NCBI GenBank assembly: GCA_003222135.1
Contig: QHUM01000046.1
Span: 1,664-65,663 of the forward strand
DNA from: Gemmatimonadota bacterium
GTDB taxonomy: Bacteria > Gemmatimonadota > Gemmatimonadetes > Gemmatimonadales > GWC2-71-9
Length of the DNA stretch: 64,000 bases
Direction of reading: 5' to 3'
Made by a program: the position numbers and the translations under genes. A model generated the notes under the pieces. It worked only from the letters and a program-made list of their open reading frames with translations, was not told the origin of the DNA and ran no database searches. How positions within the stretch are numbered: position 1 is the first letter of the stretch; every line of letters begins with the position of its first letter. Positions 1 to 7,038 of the stretch are shown here, piece after piece.

Positions 1-163
1 GCCCCTTGGCGGTGCGGAGGATGACCAGGTCCTGGAAGGAAAACAGCAGCTCACCGCGGCGGCCGCGACCGGGCGTCAAAAAACCGTCGCGCGCGAAGCC
101 TCGCACCTGCGCGACGGTCAATCCCAACAGCTTGGCGACGTCTCGGGAAGTGTATCCCTTCAT
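1..163 (-). CDS. MerR-type HTH protein, N-terminal 54 aa only (gene continues past window start)
   Basis: ATG at 163-161 on the minus strand. Translation MKGYTSRDVAKLLGLTVAQVRGFARDGFLTPGRGRRGELLFSFQDLVILRTAKG has the MerR HTH pattern. It lies 13 nt downstream of the ku stop on the same strand. Confidence 0.55.
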   Translation of the reverse strand, partial: MKGYTSRDVAKLLGLTVAQVRGFARDGFLTPGRGRRGELLFSFQDLVILRTAKG

Positions 164-176
164 CCCGCACTAACCC

Positions 177-1046
177 CTAACCCCTAGCCCCTCCCACCTT
201 GCGCTTGGCGGTGGGCGCCGCTTTCGCCCCCTTGCCTTCGACTCGCTTCGCGGGCTTCCGCTCGCCCGTAGCCCCTTTGCCCTTGAGGCTCGCCTTCAAC
301 GCCTCCATCAGGTCGATGATCTGCGTCTTGGGCGCCTCGGTCGGCTCCTCCGTGATCTCCTTGCCCTCCACCTTCCGCTGAATCTGCTCGAGCACCCGCT
401 TGCGGACGTTGTCCTCGTACTTGTCGGGCTGGAAGGCTTGGGACGCCGCCTGCTCGACCAGCTGCACGGCGAGCTGTAGCTCCGGCTTCTTCACCTCGAC
501 CTTGGGAATCGGCACCTCTGCGATCGAGCGGATCTCGTTCGCGTAGCGCAGCTGCTCCATGACGAGACCGGTTTCCTCGGGACGCACGGCGATGAGGTAC
601 TGCTTGCCGCGCGCCGCGTACTGTCCTACCGCTACGCGCCCCGTCTGCTTCAACGCCTCCGCCAGCAGACGATAGGCCCGGTCGCCGCCCTTGTCGGGTC
701 CCAGGAAATACGACTTCTCGACGTATTTCCTGTCCACCTGGTCCGCCGGCACGAACTCGGTGATCTCGACCGTGTTGGTGGACTTCTCTTCGAGGGACTT
801 CAGCTCCTCCGGTGTGAAGATCACGTACTGGCCCTTCGTGAACTCGTAGCCCTTCACCATCTCATCCTTCTCAACCTTGTCGCCGTCCTTGGAGCAGACG
901 TACTGCTGCTTCAGGCGAGCGCCATCCTTTTTGTGCAGCCAGTTGAAGCTAATGGCGGCTGAGGATTCGCCGGTCGAGAACAACTTGATCGGCACGGAAA
1001 CGAGGCCGAAGGACAGGGTGGCGGAGCCAAGCGGGTGTGCGCTCAT
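177..1046 (-). CDS. ku: Ku protein (non-homologous end joining)
   Basis: 289-aa ORF. The N-terminus SATLSFGLVSVPIKLF and the core KGYEFTKGQYV are typical of bacterial Ku. It has a basic Lys/Ala-rich C-terminal tail and sits head-to-head with ligD. Confidence 0.95.
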   Translation of the reverse strand: MSAHPLGSATLSFGLVSVPIKLFSTGESSAAISFNWLHKKDGARLKQQYVCSKDGDKVEKDEMVKGYEFTKGQYVIFTPEELKSLEEKSTNTVEITEFVPADQVDRKYVEKSYFLGPDKGGDRAYRLLAEALKQTGRVAVGQYAARGKQYLIAVRPEETGLVMEQLRYANEIRSIAEVPIPKVEVKKPELQLAVQLVEQAASQAFQPDKYEDNVRKRVLEQIQRKVEGKEITEEPTEAPKTQIIDLMEALKASLKGKGATGERKPAKRVEGKGAKAAPTAKRKVGGARG

Positions 1047-1065
1047 GGGTTAAGATTTCACCCTT

Positions 1066-3618
1066 ATGCCGGCAAAATGGAAGCCCGGGTCCGATCCGCT
1101 CAGTGCCTATCGAGCCAAGCGGTCGTTGGACCGCACGCCGGAGCCCGGCGCTCGTCCCGCGGCCGCAGCCCCCTCCGCCGGCGGCCTGTTCGTGGTCCAC
1201 ATGCATGCCGCCCGGCGGCTGCACTGGGACCTGCGCCTCGAGATGGACGGCGTGCTCCGGTCCTGGGCAGTCCCGAAGGGGCCCTCGCCCGACCGTGCCG
1301 ACAAGCGGCTCGCGGTCCATGTGGAGGACCACCCGCTCGAGTACGGCGACTTCGAGGGGATCATCCCCGACGGCAACTATGGCGCGGGCGCCGTGATCGT
1401 GTGGGACCGCGGTCGCTGGGTACCGCTCGAAGACCCGCACGAGGGAATGAAGAAGGGGAAGCTGTTGTTCGAGCTGCACGGCTACAAGCTCAAGGGCAAA
1501 TGGACCCTCGTGAAGCTCAAGAAAGGCGAAAAAGAGTGGCTGCTGATCAAGGAGAGAGACGGCTACGCCGCGGCGGACGGCGGGGGCGCCCTGCCGCCCG
1601 AGTCGGTGCTGTCCGGGCTCACGGTCGACGAGCTGAAGGCGGGGAAAGACCGGGCGGCGCCCGTGGTGAAGGAGCTCGCGCGTCTCAAGGCGCCCAAGCG
1701 CGCCGTCACGCTCGAGCAAGCCGAGCCGATGCTCGCCGAGACGCGCGAGCAGCCGTTCTCGAAACCCGGATGGCTGTTCGAGCTCAAGCTCGACGGGTAC
1801 CGCGTCCGCGGCGGCCGCGAGGGAGGAGAGGCGCGGCTCGTCACGCGTAACGGACACGACATCGCGCCCGCGTTCCCCGAGATCGCCCGCGCCCTGACGG
1901 CCCTCCCGTACGAGGGGTTCATCTTCGACGGCGAGCTGTGCGTCCCGGACGAGGCAGGCCGGCCGAGCTTCCAGCGCCTCCAGAACCGCGCCAAAGTGTC
2001 CCGGGCGCTCGAGGTGCGGCGTGCGGCGGTTGAGACCCCTGCCGTTCTGTATGTGTTCGATCTGCTCGCGTTCGAAGGCTACGACGTTCGGCCGTTGCCG
2101 CTCGAGCAGCGCAAGGCCCTGCTCGAGCAGCTCGTGCCGCGCGTGGGTCCGATCAAGTATCTCTCGCACTTCGAGAAAGACGGCGAGGCGCTGTACGAGC
2201 AGATCGTGAAAATGGGGCTCGAGGGGATCGTCGCCAAAAAGGCGGACTCTGCCTACCGCGCCGGCCGGTCGCCCAACTGGCTCAAGATCCGCGCCGACCG
2301 GGTCGACGACTTCGTCGTCGTAGGCTTCACGCGGCCCAAAGGCTCGCGCTCGGGGTTCGGCGCGCTCGACCTGGGCGCGTACGAGAACGGGAAGCTGGTG
2401 TATGCCGGACGAGTCGGCAGCGGGTTCACCGCCGCGGAGCTCAAACAAGTGAGCGCCGTGCTGGAGCGCGGCATTCGCCCGACGCCTGCCTTCACTGGTC
2501 CCGTCCCCCAGGACCCCGGGCATACCTGGGTCGAGCCCACGCTGGTGGTGGACGTCAGATACAAAGAATGGACCGACGAGGGGCTGTTGCGGCAGCCGGT
2601 GTTCGTCCGGTTCCGCGACGATAAGAAGCCCGAGGAGTGTGTGAAACCGGGAGGCGGGAGGCGGGAGCCGGGAGACAAAGATCCCGCCGCGGCGCCTCCC
2701 GCCTCCCGCCTCCCGGCTCCCGATGAACGGAGGGAGATACGGTTCTCTAATCTCGACAAAGTCTTCTGGCCGGAAGAGGGCTACACCAAGGGCGACTTGA
2801 TCGAGTACTACCGGGCCGTATCCCTGTGGATGCTGCCCTATCTCGCCGATCGGCCCCTGGTGCTCACGCGCTTCCCCGACGGCATCACCGGGAAGTCCTT
2901 TTTCCAGAAGGACGCCCCGGAGTATGCCCAGGCGTTCGTGCGAACGGTCACGATCTGGAGCGAGGACTCGCAGCGCGAGCTTGACTATTTCGTGTGCGAC
3001 AACGAGTCCTCGCTCCTCTACATCGTCAACATGGCGGCGATCCTGCTCCATGTCTGGTCGTCCCGCGTGTCGACCCTGGAGACGCCTGACTGGTGCATCT
3101 TGGACCTCGATCCGAAGGAGGCCCCGTTTACGGACGTGGTCACCGTGGCGAAGGCAGTCCGGGCGTTGTGCGACGAGATCGGCCTGCCGACGGGCATCAA
3201 GACGAGCGGCTCGACCGGCCTTCACGTGCTGATCCCGTTGGGTCGCCAGGTCACCTACGAACAATCCCGCACGCTGGGCGGACTCCTGGCACGGGTCATC
3301 GCGGCCGAGCTGCCGGAAATCGCCACAGTAACGCGGCAGGTCCAAAAGCGGGACGGCAAGGTGTATCTCGATTACGTGCAAAACGGTCACGGGCGCCTGC
3401 TCGTCGCGCCCTTCAGCGCGCGGCCCTTGCCCGGCGCGCCGGTGTCGATGCCGCTCGCGTGGAGCGAGGTGACGCCCAAGCTCGATATCCGGAAGTTCAC
3501 GATCGCCAACGCGCCGGCCCGCATGAAGAAGCTGAACGACGACCCACTCCGTGCGGTGCTCGAGGAGAAGCCCGATCTTGTGAGCGCGCTCGAGCGGCTC
3601 CATGCCCGTCTCGGCTGA
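1066..3618 (+). CDS. ligD: ATP-dependent DNA ligase D (phosphoesterase-ligase-polymerase order)
   Basis: 850 aa. It has an N-terminal 3'-phosphoesterase motif (HMHAARRLHWDLRLE) and a ligase adenylation motif (ELKLDGYR). The C-terminal primase-polymerase domain shows NLDKVFWPEEGYTKGDLIEYY and SGSTGLHV. Confidence 0.95.
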   Translation: MPAKWKPGSDPLSAYRAKRSLDRTPEPGARPAAAAPSAGGLFVVHMHAARRLHWDLRLEMDGVLRSWAVPKGPSPDRADKRLAVHVEDHPLEYGDFEGIIPDGNYGAGAVIVWDRGRWVPLEDPHEGMKKGKLLFELHGYKLKGKWTLVKLKKGEKEWLLIKERDGYAAADGGGALPPESVLSGLTVDELKAGKDRAAPVVKELARLKAPKRAVTLEQAEPMLAETREQPFSKPGWLFELKLDGYRVRGGREGGEARLVTRNGHDIAPAFPEIARALTALPYEGFIFDGELCVPDEAGRPSFQRLQNRAKVSRALEVRRAAVETPAVLYVFDLLAFEGYDVRPLPLEQRKALLEQLVPRVGPIKYLSHFEKDGEALYEQIVKMGLEGIVAKKADSAYRAGRSPNWLKIRADRVDDFVVVGFTRPKGSRSGFGALDLGAYENGKLVYAGRVGSGFTAAELKQVSAVLERGIRPTPAFTGPVPQDPGHTWVEPTLVVDVRYKEWTDEGLLRQPVFVRFRDDKKPEECVKPGGGRREPGDKDPAAAPPASRLPAPDERREIRFSNLDKVFWPEEGYTKGDLIEYYRAVSLWMLPYLADRPLVLTRFPDGITGKSFFQKDAPEYAQAFVRTVTIWSEDSQRELDYFVCDNESSLLYIVNMAAILLHVWSSRVSTLETPDWCILDLDPKEAPFTDVVTVAKAVRALCDEIGLPTGIKTSGSTGLHVLIPLGRQVTYEQSRTLGGLLARVIAAELPEIATVTRQVQKRDGKVYLDYVQNGHGRLLVAPFSARPLPGAPVSMPLAWSEVTPKLDIRKFTIANAPARMKKLNDDPLRAVLEEKPDLVSALERLHARLG
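2648..2723. repeat. Heptad-built palindrome (4x CSGGGAG, 21-nt spacer, 4x CTCCCGS) in frame in the ligD Lig-Pol linker
   Basis: Sequence is ccgggag gcgggag gcgggag ccgggag - acaaagatcccgccgcggcgc - ctcccgc ctcccgc ctcccgg ctcccg. About 25 of 28 arm positions are complementary. It is translated as PGGGRREPGDKDPAAAPPASRLPAP. Confidence 0.85.
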
Positions 3619-4282
3619 CCCGGTCGCGATCACCGTCGGCGATGGCGCGGCCGGTGTGTCGGGCCTGCTGATGCGCCCGCCCGACGCGCGCTGCCTCTAC
3701 GTGCTCGCGCATGGCGCGGGCGCCGGGATGCGGCATCCCTTTCTCGAAACCATCGCGCGCGCGCTCGCCACGCGCGAGGTGGCGACGCTGCGCTACCAGT
3801 TTCCCTACATGGAGCGGCGGGCGAGCCGGCCCGATCCACCGGCGGTCGCGGGGGCGGCGGTGCGGGCGGCGGTGGCCGAAGCGGCGCGCATCGCACCGGG
3901 GCTACCCCTGGTGGCGGGCGGCAAGTCGTTCGGCGGACGCATGACCTCGACGGCGCAGGCGGAGCAGCCGCTCACCGGCGTGCGGGGGCTCGTCTTCCTT
4001 GGCTTTCCGCTGCATCCTCCCGGGCGGCCCGGCGATACGCGCGCGGAGCATCTCGCGCGGGTCGACGTTCCGATGCTCTTCTTGCAGGGCACCCGTGACG
4101 AGTTCGCTGACCTGAAACTGCTCGAGCCCCTTGTCCAGCGGCTCGGCCAGCGCGCGACGCTGCATCTTGTGGAGGGAGGGGACCACTCGTTCCACGTGCT
4201 CAAGCGGTCGGGCCGGACGGATGCAGAGGTGCTCGAAGAGCTGACAGTGGCTGTGGGGGAATGGGCGAGGAGACTACTGTGA
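3602..4282 (+). CDS. alpha/beta-fold hydrolase (KANL3/Tex30-like, COG3571-type)
   Basis: 226 aa with nucleophile elbow GGKSFGG, acid GTRDEF and His GGDHSF. The start overlaps the ligD stop by 17 nt. Confidence 0.75.
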   Translation: MPVSADPVAITVGDGAAGVSGLLMRPPDARCLYVLAHGAGAGMRHPFLETIARALATREVATLRYQFPYMERRASRPDPPAVAGAAVRAAVAEAARIAPGLPLVAGGKSFGGRMTSTAQAEQPLTGVRGLVFLGFPLHPPGRPGDTRAEHLARVDVPMLFLQGTRDEFADLKLLEPLVQRLGQRATLHLVEGGDHSFHVLKRSGRTDAEVLEELTVAVGEWARRLL

Positions 4283-4329
4283 GGGGGGACCAACCCCGGG
4301 GCCATGCCCCGGGGAAACAGGGAGGCGGA

Positions 4330-4743
4330 GTGCCCAACTACTGGATCGTGAAGACCGAGCCGTCCACCTACAGCTTCGACGACCTCGCCCGCCAGAAGAC
4401 GGCGGTGTGGGACGGCGTCAAGAACAGCCTCGCTCTGAAGCATCTGCGCGAGATGAAGCCGGGTGACCGGGTGCTGGTTTACCACACCGGTGACGAGAAG
4501 GCCGTGGTAGGGGTGGCCGAGGTCGTTTCCGAGGCGTATCCCGACCCCAAGCACAAGGACCCGAAGCTTGGTGTGGTGGATCTGAAAGCCGCCGAGAGAT
4601 TGCCGCACCCGGTCCCGCTCGCCGAGATTAAGAAGGAGCGGGCGTTCGCCGATCTGGGGCTGGTGCGGATCGGACGGCTGTCGGTGATGCCGGCATCCGC
4701 GGACCAGTTCAAGCGCCTGCTCGAGCTCGGTGGACGGAAATAA
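4330..4743 (+). CDS. EVE (PUA-like) domain protein
   Basis: VPNYWIVKTEPSTYSFDDL...WDGVKNSLALKHLREMKPGDRVLVYHTG is the canonical EVE/ASCH-like N-terminus. GTG at 4330 follows GGGAGGCGGA. The track ORF starts at ATG 4261, so the start is uncertain. Confidence 0.8.
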   Translation: MPNYWIVKTEPSTYSFDDLARQKTAVWDGVKNSLALKHLREMKPGDRVLVYHTGDEKAVVGVAEVVSEAYPDPKHKDPKLGVVDLKAAERLPHPVPLAEIKKERAFADLGLVRIGRLSVMPASADQFKRLLELGGRK

Positions 4744-4768
4744 CGGACGACACCAGGAGGCTGATCTC

Positions 4769-4918
4769 ATGGGCAAAGGCGATCTCCGCACCAGGCGGGG
4801 CAAGATCTACCGCGGCACGCACGGCAACGCGCGCAGCCGGAAACGCGAGAAAGCCCGGAAGCGCAAGCGCGGCAAGGAAGGACCGGTCTCCGGGAAGGTC
4901 GGGGCGAAGCCCGCATGA
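4769..4918 (+). CDS. 30S ribosomal protein bTHX (with Lys/Arg-rich C-terminal extension)
   Basis: MGKGDLRTRRGKIYRGTHGNARSRK closely matches Thermus Thx ([25 protein letters not shown]). AGGAGG lies 7 nt upstream of ATG 4769. Confidence 0.8.
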   Translation: MGKGDLRTRRGKIYRGTHGNARSRKREKARKRKRGKEGPVSGKVGAKPA

Positions 4919-5280
4919 GGGCTGGGCTCGTCGTGTGGCTCGGCCTGATCGCCGCGCGGCCCGGCGTGGCGCAGGACCGGTGGCAGTTGACGCTCAATAG
5001 CGGCACGACGCTGTGGGATCTGCGGCTCGTCAAGCTCGCCGGTGATACGCTCGTCGTGCGCCGCGCCGACTCGACGTACGCGTTCCCGCTCGCGGAAGTC
5101 GACGAGATCCGTCTGGTCCAGAAGTCCACGCGGCACATCACGCCCGAGGCGGGTCGCTACGGAGGGGTGCTGGGCGGGATGGACGACGAGGTCCACCGGC
5201 TCACCCTCTACTCGCTGTCCGAGCGGCGCGACATCGTGCGGCAGATCTTCCAGGCCCACCCACCCGGGGCGGGTCCCTGA
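4915..5280 (+). CDS. hypothetical protein with N-terminal signal-like segment
   Basis: 121 aa starting MRAGLVVWLGLIAARPGVAQD. Third codon positions are strongly G/C in this frame. ATGA overlap with the bTHX stop. Confidence 0.55.
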   Translation: MRAGLVVWLGLIAARPGVAQDRWQLTLNSGTTLWDLRLVKLAGDTLVVRRADSTYAFPLAEVDEIRLVQKSTRHITPEAGRYGGVLGGMDDEVHRLTLYSLSERRDIVRQIFQAHPPGAGP

Positions 5281-5284
5281 GCTC

Positions 5285-6514
5285 CTGACCACTCGCTCGC
5301 CGGATCGCCGCATTCTGCTGGTCGACGCGGACGCGTTCTACGTCGCGGTCGCCCGGCTCGTCGACCCAGCCGGTGCGGGGAAGGCGCCCCTGCTGATCGT
5401 GGGCGGCTCACCCGAGCGCCGCGGCGTCGTGACCTCGGCGTCGTACGAGGCGCGCGCCTACGGGGTCCACTCCGCCATGCCGATGGCGCGTGCCGTGCGC
5501 CTGTGCCCCAATGCCACGGTGGTGCCGGTCCCCTGGGAGGCGTGCGCCCGGAAGAGCCGAGACATCAAAGAGGTGTTGGAGCGATTCACCCCGGCCGTGG
5601 AGCAGGCGTCGAGCGACGAGTTCTACGTCGACCTGACCGGCACGGAGCAGTTGTACTCGGGCGAGCCGCTCGCGGCGACCGCACGGCGGATGCGCGAAGC
5701 GGTGGCGCGCGAGACCACCCTCGTCGTCTCGATCGGTGGGGGTACATCGAAGCTTGTCGCCAAGCTCGCGGCGGGAGTCGCAAAGCCGCGGGCCGGGACG
5801 CCGGCGGACGGCGTGCACGTGGTCGCTCCAGGCGCGGAGCTCGAGTTCATGCGACGGTTCTCCCTCGCGGACATCCCCTTCATTGGACCCAAGTTCCAGG
5901 AGCGGCTCGCGAAGCTGGGCCTGCACGCGGTGAGCGACGTGCTGCGGTATGAGTCGGAGACCCTGATCGGTTGGCTCGGGCGGCGCGAAGGCGAGTGGCT
6001 CGCCGAGCGGGTTCGCGGCATCGATGCCACGCCGGTCGAGCCCCATCGCGAGCCCAAGTCGATCAGCCGGGACGAAACCTTCCCTCAGGACTTAGTGGAA
6101 GACGACGCCCTGGCCACGCGGCTCCTCGCCCTGGCCGACCGCGCGGCCGCCGACCTGCGGGAGGCCGGCCTGCTCGCCCGCACCATCACGGTGAAGCTGC
6201 GCGACGCTGACTTCACCACCCGCCAGGCCAGTCGCACGCTCGCCGACCCGGTACAGTCGAATCGGACGGTCTACGAGGTGGCGCGCGAGCTGCTCCGCAG
6301 GCTGCGCGCCGCGCGGCGCGTGCCGGCGCGTCTCCTTGGCGTCGCCGTGTCGCAGCTCGTGACGCCGGACGCGAGGGCGCAGCTCTCCTTGCTCGATGAG
6401 GTGCGGCCCCTCGAGACGGAGCGCGACCGCATCATCTCCCGCGTGATCGACGAGGTGCGGGAAAGATTCGGCCCCGACGCGCTGGGCCGGGCCCGGAGCC
6501 ACGGTTCTGCTTGA
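5285..6514 (+). CDS. dinB: DNA polymerase IV (Y-family)
   Basis: ILLVDADAFYVAVARL, SYEARAYGV and SIGGGTSKLVAKLA are DinB motifs. There is no in-frame ATG/GTG/TTG between the upstream gene stop (5280) and the conserved N-terminus. 5285 is an in-frame CTG, so the start is uncertain. Confidence 0.85.
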   Translation: MTTRSPDRRILLVDADAFYVAVARLVDPAGAGKAPLLIVGGSPERRGVVTSASYEARAYGVHSAMPMARAVRLCPNATVVPVPWEACARKSRDIKEVLERFTPAVEQASSDEFYVDLTGTEQLYSGEPLAATARRMREAVARETTLVVSIGGGTSKLVAKLAAGVAKPRAGTPADGVHVVAPGAELEFMRRFSLADIPFIGPKFQERLAKLGLHAVSDVLRYESETLIGWLGRREGEWLAERVRGIDATPVEPHREPKSISRDETFPQDLVEDDALATRLLALADRAAADLREAGLLARTITVKLRDADFTTRQASRTLADPVQSNRTVYEVARELLRRLRAARRVPARLLGVAVSQLVTPDARAQLSLLDEVRPLETERDRIISRVIDEVRERFGPDALGRARSHGSA

Positions 6515-6563
6515 CGTCTCTGCGTGACGCCTTTGCTTGACGCCTTTGCGTGACGTCTTTTTG
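6512..6563. repeat. 4 tandem copies of a 13-bp unit TGACGYCTYTKBK
   Basis: Units are tgacgtctctgcg, tgacgcctttgct, tgacgcctttgcg and tgacgtctttttg, beginning at 6512, 6525, 6538 and 6551. The first unit contains the dinB stop. The array fills the convergent gap to the ACT gene. Confidence 0.85.
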
Positions 6564-6564
6564 T

Positions 6565-6978
6565 CTACATGGCTCCCACTGCCAATGCGGCCTTTACGAC
6601 GTCGCGCGGCTTCACCCAGAAGATCGCGCCATAGCGGCTCATACCGGCGCAGACGGCGCTCAGCGCGGTGACGTTGATCTTGGCGTCGCCCAGCCGCCCC
6701 ATGACGCTCGCCAGCGCGCCGACTCGGTCGTCCCCTTCGACGAGGAAGACCGTCTTCGGCTTCGAGAGCTTGATCTTCGCGGCCTTCGCGGCGGCTTCGA
6801 ACGCCGCCGCGTCCGCCGGGACGAAATCGGCCTGTGACTTGCGCGCGCTCGGGAAGGCGTGGAACGCGAGCAGGTTGACGCCCGCGTTCCGCAAGGCCTG
6901 GAGCAACCGGGCGCCCTCGCCCGGTTTGTCCGGCGCAGTCGTGTAGTAGTAGCTCACCTTCCGGATGGTGTCGGCCAT
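6565..6978 (-). CDS. ACT-domain protein (tandem ACT-like)
   Basis: 137 aa. YYYTTAPDKPGEGARLLQALRNAGVNLLAF and GDDRVGALASVMGRLGDAKINV look like two ACT-type ligand-binding folds. AGGAGG precedes the ATG. Confidence 0.65.
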   Translation of the reverse strand: MADTIRKVSYYYTTAPDKPGEGARLLQALRNAGVNLLAFHAFPSARKSQADFVPADAAAFEAAAKAAKIKLSKPKTVFLVEGDDRVGALASVMGRLGDAKINVTALSAVCAGMSRYGAIFWVKPRDVVKAALAVGAM

Positions 6979-7038
6979 ATCGGCCTCCTGGGATGGGTCG
7001 GGCGATGACTATCGCCCCTGGGGCGCCGTCCAGCAAGT

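Noticed and set aside
949-3633. 894-aa minus-strand ORF covering ligD
   Set aside because: This is an antisense shadow ORF typical of GC-rich DNA. Its translation is Arg/Gly/Pro-rich low-complexity sequence with no motifs, while the plus strand encodes a complete three-domain LigD.
4915-6514. Single fusion protein of the 121-aa ORF and DinB through +1 frameshifting
   Set aside because: The CCC_UGA context makes it mechanistically possible, and it is kept as a low-interest finding. However, the upstream product starts with a signal-peptide-like segment, which is implausible for a DNA polymerase. Separate proteins are more likely.
6512-6563. CRISPR-like array
   Set aside because: The 13-bp units are directly adjacent with no spacers, and no cas genes are nearby. 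It is a simple tandem repeat.
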